Source: a virus
DNA: 64,000 nucleotides
Virus record (IMG/VR): IMGVR_UViG_3300006046_000002
Span: 1 to 64,000 of that record
Direction: 5' to 3' (one strand)
Shown here: positions 1-7,500 of the stretch, piece by piece
Layout: every line of letters starts with the position of its first letter
How positions within the stretch are numbered: position 1 is the stretch's first letter
Position numbers and translations under genes: made by a program
The notes under the pieces: model-generated
What the model was told of the DNA's origin: nothing
Databases searched by the model: none
The model's input: only the letters and a program-made list of their open reading frames with translations

Positions 1-1
1 G

Positions 2-520
2 GAGGAGCGTCAGATCGCATGGGGCACGGGCGTGAACGAACTGCTCGGTCTCTTCGCTCCGGCCAACGCGATCCCCGAGTTCGCGCGCGCCGAGGTGGGC
101 GACACGATCATCGACACGATTCGTCGGATGCGCACGGATCTGCGCAAGAAGAAGGTGCAGCCGAACTTCGTTGGTGTCGACCCGATCGATTGGGAAGAGG
201 TCGAGCTGCAGAAGGGAACGGACATGCACTACCTCTGGGGCCTGATCAGCGACATCCGTGGTCCGCGCATCTGGTCACTGCGAGTGGTCGAGTCCGACGC
301 GATGACGAACCCCGACACGGGCGAGCGTCGTCTGCTGATGGGCGATGGCACGCGCGGCGCAACGATCTACGATCGCAATCAGATCCAGCTGGCGGTTGGC
401 CTGATGGACGATGACTTCGGTCGCAACCTTCGCACGCTTCGGGCGGAAGAGCGTCTGGCCCTCGCGGTCAAGCGCAACTTCGCGTTCGAGTATGCGACGA
501 CGGCCGAGGCGGCATCGTAA
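2..520 (+). CDS. Major capsid protein, HK97 fold, C-terminal part (5' end cut by window start)
   Basis: Frame is open from position 2 with no start codon. Sequence ...IAWGTGVNELLGLF...MHYLWGL...LRAEERLALAVKRNFAFEY resembles C-terminal regions of HK97-type capsid proteins. Head-tail connector genes follow directly. Confidence 0.75.
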   Translation, partial: EERQIAWGTGVNELLGLFAPANAIPEFARAEVGDTIIDTIRRMRTDLRKKKVQPNFVGVDPIDWEEVELQKGTDMHYLWGLISDIRGPRIWSLRVVESDAMTNPDTGERRLLMGDGTRGATIYDRNQIQLAVGLMDDDFGRNLRTLRAEERLALAVKRNFAFEYATTAEAAS

Positions 521-561
521 TCGCGGCTAGAGTTTGAACAGCTCTAGGCTCTACTGGTGTG

Positions 562-590
562 GCTCCCGAGCCAGTCGCGAATTCGGGAGC
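562..590 (+). other. 8-bp stem-loop just downstream of the capsid gene
   Basis: GCTCCCGA (562-569) pairs with TCGGGAGC (583-590), with a 13-nt loop. No T-run follows. Confidence 0.4.
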
Positions 591-633
591 ACCTACTTCA
601 CACATTATCTCCTTTCACTGGAGGACCAGTGAC

Positions 634-942
634 ATGAAGTACCTCGAGGCACTGAAGCAGAACGGGAAGGAGGCGAAGAAGTCGATTCTTCCCGAGGGTG
701 AGAACAAGATGCAGTCCGGCAATCGTCCGGGTCAGCGTGGCAACAATCTCAATCGCAACGATCCGCAGTCGCTCGTGAGTGGGTCGCACCAGAACGAGAA
801 CACGGCGGGCGGAACGTCGAACGAGAAGGGTGCCGTCTCTGCTCTGGCAAAGGAACTCGGCGTCGATCTCGGAAAGGTGAAGGGCACGGGTCCGCGGGGC
901 ACGATCACCGAGCAGGACGTTCGCGACGCGAAGTCCGAGTAA
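634..942 (+). CDS. Head-module protein with C-terminal E3-binding (PSBD)-like motif
   Basis: ATG 634 is preceded by GGAGGA (620-625). C-terminus reads LAKELGVDLGKVKGTGPRGTITEQDVRDA, matching the peripheral-subunit-binding-domain signature. Its position right after the capsid gene suggests a decoration or accessory head protein. Confidence 0.55.
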   Translation: MKYLEALKQNGKEAKKSILPEGENKMQSGNRPGQRGNNLNRNDPQSLVSGSHQNENTAGGTSNEKGAVSALAKELGVDLGKVKGTGPRGTITEQDVRDAKSE

Positions 943-970
943 CTTCACCGAATGCTAAGAGGATCGGCGT

Positions 971-1636
971 ATGATTGTGACGTTGGACGAACTCAAAGCC
1001 GTGCTGGGCATTCCGCTGACAGATGTCTCCCAAGATCCCTATCTCACGAGACTCATCTTGGCGAAGACCGCATGGATCGAAGGCTACACGCAACGGCGCT
1101 TTGATACGCCGATCCCGCATTCGCAGATTGCACAAGGCACGGGCGAGGACGCGATCTATCTAGAGTGGCATGTGGACGACGTCGTTTATGATCCGCCACT
1201 CAGTCCGTTGCCTGGCACATCAGTCGTTGTCTCGCGTCGGCCGATGCTCGAGCGCTTCCGTCCGTGGGAAGTGCTGACGGAAGGAGAAGATTGGGAACGC
1301 ATCGGCGATGTCATCTACTTCCTGCGCTGGTGGGGAATCTGGCCGAGCGAGGATGAAATCAAGGTCGATTATCTCGGCGGCTATGGCCTTGCGCCAGAAG
1401 ACATTCGCGATGCGTTGCTTGAACTCGCGTCGAATCAGTATGTCACCGATTCTACGGTCGCATCGAACGCATCGTCTGGTACCTCGGGCATCACGAGCGA
1501 AAAGATCGGCGACTTCAGTTACTCTGTCGGCACCAGCACCACAGTCTCGAGCAGCTCAACGATTGCTGGAGCTGATGGCAGTGCGCTCGGTTCAACAATG
1601 ATGACCCTTCAGCGGTACAAGCGGAGATTTCAGTAA
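971..1636 (+). CDS. Head-tail connector (gp6-like / QLRG family)
   Basis: N-terminus VTLDELKAVLGIPLTDVSQDPYLTRLILAKTAWIEGYTQRRF matches the gp6-like head-tail connector pattern. AGAGGA lies upstream of the ATG. Longer than typical members, with a Ser/Thr-rich tail. Confidence 0.65.
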   Translation: MIVTLDELKAVLGIPLTDVSQDPYLTRLILAKTAWIEGYTQRRFDTPIPHSQIAQGTGEDAIYLEWHVDDVVYDPPLSPLPGTSVVVSRRPMLERFRPWEVLTEGEDWERIGDVIYFLRWWGIWPSEDEIKVDYLGGYGLAPEDIRDALLELASNQYVTDSTVASNASSGTSGITSEKIGDFSYSVGTSTTVSSSSTIAGADGSALGSTMMTLQRYKRRFQ

Positions 1637-1998
1637 TGCCTCGGCCGACGATCGATCACCTGCTCGATACCACGATTCAGATCTGGCGTCCATCAATCAC
1701 AGATGATTCGGTCGGTATCGAAGAACGCGATTATGCGCCAGTCTTTACGGTCGATGCGGTGTTCAATCGGGCGACACAGCAGGAAGCGAACATCGGTGCC
1801 GGACTTGCGCCCGTCGGTAGTATGCGATGGTATGGCCGACCGGATATCGATGTGCGACCGCGCGATATCTGCGAAATTGTTGACGGACCTGAAGCGGGCA
1901 AGACGTTCGAGATCAACGCACCTCCGGTTCGACCGAAAGGTCATCATACGCAAGTCGATTGCATCGAGTGGAACGGTGTGTTGCCGAGCGTCTCATGA
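1636..1998 (+). CDS. Head-closure / head-tail adaptor protein
   Basis: TAATG overlap with the upstream gene. 120 aa, with an IQIWRP... beta-rich pattern and a position typical of SPP1 gp16 / HK97 gp7-like adaptors. Confidence 0.55.
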   Translation: MPRPTIDHLLDTTIQIWRPSITDDSVGIEERDYAPVFTVDAVFNRATQQEANIGAGLAPVGSMRWYGRPDIDVRPRDICEIVDGPEAGKTFEINAPPVRPKGHHTQVDCIEWNGVLPSVS

Positions 1999-2657
1999 CA
2001 TGGGAAATATTCTACACACCGCACACCGATGATGAAAGCATCGGGATGGCCGGAGCAATTGTCAAAGCGCGCAGCCTGGGACATGATGTCCTGGTCTGTC
2101 TCGTCACCGATAATCTGCCGTCCACTCGCGGACGCAACATGTTCGCTGATCGTGACATCGATCTCGTGCAACAGCGACTGATGGAATGGCATCACGCACT
2201 TGATTTGCTCGATGTGACTGAACGGCAAGTCTGGGGCTTGACTGAACTCGACATGCCGACGCACATTCGTGAGACGCGAGAATCAATTCGTACGCTCATG
2301 CACACGTTGCATCGAACGCATCGCGCAGTGCATCATCACGCGCCATGGGGCATGTGGGATCAGAACGGTGGCGTAGGATGTCTCGCACATGAACTCTGTG
2401 CGAGTGCCGCATTTGAACTATCGTACGAATATCCGGCGCATGTCTCGCTGTATGGAATCTACGAATACTCGAAACCGCCGCTCAAGCGATACGCGCCGAC
2501 GATGCAGTCATTGTCACCGCAACAGCACGAGATCAAGCGAAAGGCACTGAACGCATACTATCCGCAGCCGGGTTCGATCGGGTATGGATACACGAGCGTT
2601 CCCGAGTTGATGGATGCTGCCAAATCAGATCCACGTGAATTCGTGATCGAGCTCTAA
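1995..2657 (+). CDS. PIG-L / LmbE-family deacetylase-like protein
   Basis: ATGA overlap start at 1995. N-terminal FYTPHTDDESIGMAGAI resembles the (A/P)HPDDE..G.GG zinc-deacetylase motif. Confidence 0.6.
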   Translation: MTWEIFYTPHTDDESIGMAGAIVKARSLGHDVLVCLVTDNLPSTRGRNMFADRDIDLVQQRLMEWHHALDLLDVTERQVWGLTELDMPTHIRETRESIRTLMHTLHRTHRAVHHHAPWGMWDQNGGVGCLAHELCASAAFELSYEYPAHVSLYGIYEYSKPPLKRYAPTMQSLSPQQHEIKRKALNAYYPQPGSIGYGYTSVPELMDAAKSDPREFVIEL

Positions 2658-2658
2658 T

Positions 2659-3153
2659 ATGGAACGCATCATCAGTACGCCCGACATCACGATCTATCAG
2701 GGCCTCGCCGCTGAGTGGCCCGGTGATGAACATATCGATCTGGTCTTCACCAATCCGTATGGGTATCTACCGTCGTCGCTCGTCAATCACCCGATGGTCT
2801 TGCATCAGTGGATTCACCGCAAGCGACAATTGGAAGTCTGGGCGGAGAATCTCCTGACACATTGCGTCGGTGTGTGGAATCACGAGCGTGAAGCATTCTG
2901 GTCAGCGCATTATCCACGCCGTACGATTGATATCAGCGAGTTCGTCCCGGAACCTGGCGGATGGTACCCAGAAGATCTGGTGCGACGGTTGCTTCCGCAA
3001 TTCGTCTGTCCTGGACAGACCGTGTGGGATGGATTCATGGGTCGCGGCACTGTGGCAAAAGTATGCAGAGAACTCGGTGTGAAGTATGTCGGTGTTGAAG
3101 AATTGCCCGCGCATGTGGCCTTGGCACGCGATTATCTGGAGATCACGACGTGA
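2659..3153 (+). CDS. Small beta-class N6/N4 methyltransferase-like protein with atypical TNPY motif
   Basis: HIDLVFTNPYGY sits where motif IV (D/S)PPY is expected. A C-terminal VWDGFMGRGTVAKVCRELGVKYVGVEE resembles the AdoMet-binding FxGxG motif I. Order IV then I is as in beta-class enzymes. Only 164 aa. Confidence 0.55.
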   Translation: MERIISTPDITIYQGLAAEWPGDEHIDLVFTNPYGYLPSSLVNHPMVLHQWIHRKRQLEVWAENLLTHCVGVWNHEREAFWSAHYPRRTIDISEFVPEPGGWYPEDLVRRLLPQFVCPGQTVWDGFMGRGTVAKVCRELGVKYVGVEELPAHVALARDYLEITT

Positions 3154-4853
3154 TTGCGCATCTGTGGAATCGCCATGCAGGACGTGAGCTCGATACCATC
3201 GAAGTTGGAGGACGGCTCGCGCCCTATCGGTTGGTCGCGTGCCTGAATGTGTGGAATGATCACGAAGCCCTTCGGCGCAATCTGCCGTCATGGCGTGATG
3301 CCGTCGATCATGTGATTGTCGTTGACGGCAGTTACTCAACGACAAGCGAGCAGTCATTGTCAACCGATGGAACGCGCGAATATCTGCAGTCGCAGTTTTC
3401 ATCGATCGAATTTCTCGACGGTGCGGGATTGACACAGTGCGAAAAACGCACGATGTATCTGCGGCACGGATGTGACGATGACATGTTGTTCGTCATTGAT
3501 GCCGATGAACAGTTGGTCACACCGATCGAGACGCTGCATCGGCTTCCGGTATTCGATATCGGATGGGTACGAATCCAGAGTCCGATCTACACGAAGGAGT
3601 ATGGTCAGCCACGACTGTTCGCATGGCGACCGAATCTCTCGTATCGCGGTCGCCACCACTGGATGTACGAAGAACAGCGATTGTTCTGCACGCATCAGTA
3701 TGGTGGCGTTGGATTTTCGCATCGTCCGGTCGATGTTACACTGGTGAACAATCGCAATACGGGACGATCGATCGAACGACGCAATGTGAAGCGCGTCAAT
3801 ATCGCACAGCAGAATTCGATTGAGTTCTCCCTCGCGGCCATGCCGAGCTCGGTCATGTCCGATCAGGCAACTCAGGCGCGTGAGTGCTTGCATATTTTGA
3901 ACTACGCCTATCGTGATGATGGCCTTGCGCCATCGCGTCTGCACTCAGCGATCAATCGCACAACACCACATTCGTCAACGTTCTTCAAGGTGCGTCCAGG
4001 TCCATTCGGCGTCCCGACACAGTACGATGCCGGAATTGATTTCAAGATTCTCGCGCAAGCAGAACGTGAAGCCGACGTTATTCACATTCACTCTCCTGTC
4101 GCATCGAGTTTTCCGTCACGATACAATGTTCCGATCGTGTACCATCATCACGGCACACGACTGCGGAATAACCCGAAGCAGTGGGCTGACGCAGCAGAAC
4201 GACGAAACGCCTTGGTCATTGTCGCGAATCTCGAGTTGCTGACCTGGATCGATGGCGTGTTCGTACCGAATGCAGTTCCAGTCGCTCGATACCGCGCGTT
4301 GGCGGAGGCACACTGGACGACACTCGAGCATGCGTCGTCGTTCCGCGTGGCACATTCGCCTACGGTTCGCGAAAGAAAAGGAACGAAGGAGTTTCTTGCG
4401 GCGTGTGATCGGCTCCGTCAGCGCGGGTATCCTATCGAGCCAGTCTTGATCGAAGAAGTATCGCATGAACAAGCACTGCGAATCAAGGCGTCATGTCATG
4501 CAGTGTTTGATTCGTTCTGGCTTGGCATTCAGTGTAGTGGAATCGAAGGCGCCGCGATGGGATTGCCCGTTATTGCGGGCGATGAAATTGTCGCGCAGCG
4601 ATATCGCGAACAGTTCAGTGCTGTGCCGTATACGTTCGCTAATTCCGAAGCGGAACTTGAATACACGCTGCATCGTCTGATGGATGATCCACACTTCTAT
4701 CAGGAAGAAGCAGCACGAGTCAGTGACTATGTGACCACGTATCACGATGAGAGCGCCGTCGCGCTCGCGTATCTCGATCATCTCGATCGAGCATTCCAGT
4801 GGCGATCAGTTCGTGTGCGGTCGCCAGTGGCCCGTCCATGTCTCTGCAAATGA
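3150..4853 (+). CDS. Two-domain glycosyltransferase (GT2-like N-terminal, GT1/GT4-like C-terminal)
   Basis: GTGA-overlap GTG start. N-terminal part has VACLNVWND...VIVVDGSY...STDGT...FVIDADEQL (GT-A/GT2 pattern with DxD). C-terminal part has RERKGTKEFL...SGIEGAAMGLPVIAG (GT-B/GT4 pattern). Confidence 0.7.
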   Translation: MIAHLWNRHAGRELDTIEVGGRLAPYRLVACLNVWNDHEALRRNLPSWRDAVDHVIVVDGSYSTTSEQSLSTDGTREYLQSQFSSIEFLDGAGLTQCEKRTMYLRHGCDDDMLFVIDADEQLVTPIETLHRLPVFDIGWVRIQSPIYTKEYGQPRLFAWRPNLSYRGRHHWMYEEQRLFCTHQYGGVGFSHRPVDVTLVNNRNTGRSIERRNVKRVNIAQQNSIEFSLAAMPSSVMSDQATQARECLHILNYAYRDDGLAPSRLHSAINRTTPHSSTFFKVRPGPFGVPTQYDAGIDFKILAQAEREADVIHIHSPVASSFPSRYNVPIVYHHHGTRLRNNPKQWADAAERRNALVIVANLELLTWIDGVFVPNAVPVARYRALAEAHWTTLEHASSFRVAHSPTVRERKGTKEFLAACDRLRQRGYPIEPVLIEEVSHEQALRIKASCHAVFDSFWLGIQCSGIEGAAMGLPVIAGDEIVAQRYREQFSAVPYTFANSEAELEYTLHRLMDDPHFYQEEAARVSDYVTTYHDESAVALAYLDHLDRAFQWRSVRVRSPVARPCLCK

Positions 4854-4861
4854 GGTGACGA

Positions 4862-5047
4862 ATGGAACTCCAGGACATTGTAACTGCTCCGCAAGACCGA
4901 TCGCTGGTCTCGACAACGGTGTGGGCGCTCTTCAATGCGGAGCATGGTCGGTTCAAGGTGAAGGTGTGGATCTTCAACTTTGATGCTGAATCACTTGTCC
5001 GCGCGTGGATCACTGCGAAGTTTGGTCCCGACCCGATGGCCGTGTAA
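4862..5047 (+). CDS. Hypothetical protein (61 aa)
   Basis: GAGGTG lies upstream of the ATG. TAATG coupling to the next gene. No recognisable motif. Confidence 0.4.
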   Translation: MELQDIVTAPQDRSLVSTTVWALFNAEHGRFKVKVWIFNFDAESLVRAWITAKFGPDPMAV

Positions 5048-5601
5048 TGATCAAGTTTCTGACACAGTGGGTCGGACTCGAGACGCTGGCGCAGGAAGAG
5101 TTCGAAGCATTGCGTCGGCCGACTGAGATCGCCATTTCGAAAGCGACGTTGTACTACGAAGGCCGAGTGAAGAAGAAACTCGGTGCGACTCCAGCACGTA
5201 CTGGTCGTATGTATGGCGATCATCAAGCATCAGCGCCAGGCGAGCCACCTGCTCCGTTGTCAAGTGATCTTCGCCGATCGATCACGCATTCACCAGTGAT
5301 CTGGGAAGGAGATGTTGCCAGTGCTGAAGTCGGAACGGATCGACCGTATGGGCGGATTCTTGAATTCGGCGGTGTGACGAGTCATGGCGTTCGCATTCTT
5401 CCGCGTCCATACTTCAGTGCGACATGGCTTGAAGAGGAAGAACGGATTCAACAGATTCTCGACAATGCTGTGCGCAAGTCGCCCGTCATGGGCGATATCG
5501 TGGCTGAAGTAACTGAAGACAGCATCGGTCGAAAGTCTGGACGCGATCGATCAGAAGCTGCACGTCGAGGGTGGGAGACACGGCGCGCAAAGCAATCTTA
5601 A
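5047..5601 (+). CDS. HK97 gp10-family tail-completion protein
   Basis: Start taken at the TAATG overlap. Motifs GEPPAPLSSDLRRSI and YGRILEFGG...RPYF are typical of the HK97 gp10 family. Confidence 0.7.
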   Translation: MIKFLTQWVGLETLAQEEFEALRRPTEIAISKATLYYEGRVKKKLGATPARTGRMYGDHQASAPGEPPAPLSSDLRRSITHSPVIWEGDVASAEVGTDRPYGRILEFGGVTSHGVRILPRPYFSATWLEEEERIQQILDNAVRKSPVMGDIVAEVTEDSIGRKSGRDRSEAARRGWETRRAKQS

Positions 5602-5616
5602 CACCGAGGTGGATAC

Positions 5617-6021
5617 ATGATGTGGGATCACGTGATGGAATCGGTCAAAGCGTTGATCACGGCTGATCCTACGCTGAATGCGATCTTCGGCGACAATTTT
5701 CGGAAGTCCGGTCCGGCAGTCGATTTGGCCGTGCCCATCATTGAGTGGACGTTACTGGCTGACACGGAGACTGAACTCTGGGCGCCGATGCTCATCCAGT
5801 TTGATTGCTGGACGAAAACTGCTGCCGATAGTCGAGTGGCAGAACGGCGACTGCGAAGTCTGTTCATGCGTACCACGAGTATCGTGTTCGATACCTACAC
5901 GATAATCACTGAATACGCAGACGGAGCTGACCTCGCAGTTCCAAACCGATCTGGCTATGTGGGTCGTGGTGTTCGTTTTCGTATGAGTCCGTTGCGTCAG
6001 CAGTATGCACGACCTGTGTAG
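5617..6021 (+). CDS. Tail terminator / tail-completion protein (DUF3168-like)
   Basis: GAGGTGG lies upstream. 134 aa, with size, position before the tube gene and an N-terminal VKALITADPTLNAIFGD pattern like DUF3168 proteins. Confidence 0.5.
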   Translation: MMWDHVMESVKALITADPTLNAIFGDNFRKSGPAVDLAVPIIEWTLLADTETELWAPMLIQFDCWTKTAADSRVAERRLRSLFMRTTSIVFDTYTIITEYADGADLAVPNRSGYVGRGVRFRMSPLRQQYARPV

Positions 6022-6071
6022 TGTTCAAATAGATTCGCGCAAAGTTTATCTTCCACTGAGGAACAGGAGTC

Positions 6072-6755
6072 ATGTCGAATCTCAATCTCAAGGATGTATC
6101 CAGCATTCTCGCCTCCTACGGCCGCGGAGTGGTGTTCTATGCGGACAAGTGGGATCCGACTGCTGGCGCACTGACCATGACGCAACTCGGCGTGACAGAA
6201 GGTGATATCGTCGAGACGCCGAATGCGACGACTGCAGTCATGACCTATCCGGAGTTGACGGGACCAGCGGCGCAGGATGTCGACTATCTCGGTGAGAATC
6301 CGGTCGTCGAGATTCCGTTGTATCTCGCTGATCCGGCACTGCTCGCGGTCGTCTCGCCATCCGGCAGCGCGCACGCGGGTCGGTCACGTCGTGGTCCAGT
6401 CAAGCAGTGGACGCTCGCGATCTTTCCGGAAGCACTGTTCCTGTCGACAGATGTTGACGGTATCGTCACGGATAAGACGGTGGCCTTCGGCGTCGGAGGC
6501 GCGTGGACGTTCAATGGCGCGGCACTCACCGTTGATCAGCAGCGGTATCTGGATGTCTCGTTCTGGCTGTGGCGCTGCGTCTTCAATCGCCCACCGCGTC
6601 GGTTCCGTGGTGGCGCGGGCGAAGAGAAGAAAAACATCGAGACTGTGTCCACGCAGACGATGCATCATCCACAGATGCCGGAAGGCCATCACCTCTTCAC
6701 GACGGGTGATCCATTCGACAGCGGCATCGATCTCAACGGCTTCACGCCGTCCTGA
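6072..6755 (+). CDS. Major tail (tube) protein
   Basis: 227 aa ORF placed between the terminator-like gene and the G/GT chaperone pair. The call is positional only. Confidence 0.55.
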   Translation: MSNLNLKDVSSILASYGRGVVFYADKWDPTAGALTMTQLGVTEGDIVETPNATTAVMTYPELTGPAAQDVDYLGENPVVEIPLYLADPALLAVVSPSGSAHAGRSRRGPVKQWTLAIFPEALFLSTDVDGIVTDKTVAFGVGGAWTFNGAALTVDQQRYLDVSFWLWRCVFNRPPRRFRGGAGEEKKNIETVSTQTMHHPQMPEGHHLFTTGDPFDSGIDLNGFTPS

Positions 6756-6757
6756 TC

Positions 6758-7249
6758 ATGGGACAGTTTCGCTACGTCTCACCTGACGAAGTAGCACAGC
6801 GTCACCGCACCCGGAATGTGGAGACTCTACTTCGTCAGCCGCGTCAGCCAGAACATCGGAACGTTGAACAAGTGTTGTCTCTCGGTGATGTGCGATACGT
6901 GCTGTTTCGTACTCGTACGTATCGCATTCCGCCAGTTCCGTACAAACTCGGCGAGCGTGTGCTTGAGTCGCACGCTCGTCTGGTGCAGTACGGAAGAGAC
7001 GTCGCTACGACGGGCAAGAAAGAACCGACGGATAAGTTCTATCGGCAGTTGACGATTCAAGCGCGACTGCTGTGGTCACACATGCGGCCGACTGGGAAGA
7101 TGAAACGTATGCTCTGGCGTCTTCGACTCATGCGCAATCCGTTCTACGCAGCGTCAGAGAAAGAGATCACGGAGCTCACCAATTTTTTCTTGCTGTGCCG
7201 GATGACGTCAAGCGTCCAACCTATCTTGGGGAAAGTGGAAGCGAACTGA
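6758..7249 (+). CDS. Tail assembly chaperone (G-like, zero-frame product)
   Basis: Lies immediately upstream of the tape measure. Overlapped by a -1 frame ORF (7072-7500), with a slippery T_TTT_TTC 60 nt before its stop. Confidence 0.7.
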   Translation: MGQFRYVSPDEVAQRHRTRNVETLLRQPRQPEHRNVEQVLSLGDVRYVLFRTRTYRIPPVPYKLGERVLESHARLVQYGRDVATTGKKEPTDKFYRQLTIQARLLWSHMRPTGKMKRMLWRLRLMRNPFYAASEKEITELTNFFLLCRMTSSVQPILGKVEAN

Positions 7250-7500
7250 CTGTTCACGATATCGATGATCTCGATGAGCTGATCACGTTCGTAACGTATC
7301 GTCCGGCATGGGTACGACCCGATGGATTTCCGTTGTCGTGGCAGCACTACGTCTACGGAATGCGACACATCGCGCGCGAAAACATACGCCATCAGTTATG
7401 GATGGCACAAGCATTTCGATTGGGACGCCAAGAAAAAGAAAACTGGGAAACGTTCCAGCGTGATACCAATCGTTTGACTGAGGTTCCAACGCATGGCTGA
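6758..7500 (+). CDS. Tail assembly chaperone GT-like fusion made by programmed -1 frameshift at 7183-7189
   Basis: The zero frame reads ...ELTNFF. After a -1 slip the frame continues ...FFLAVPDDVKRP... to the stop at 7498-7500, which overlaps the tape measure start at 7493. Confidence 0.65.
7183..7189 (+). promoter_or_regulatory. -1 ribosomal frameshift slippery heptamer T_TTT_TTC
   Basis: X_XXY_YYZ pattern in the zero frame (AAT TTT TTC). The -1 frame is open from here to 7500. Confidence 0.6.
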
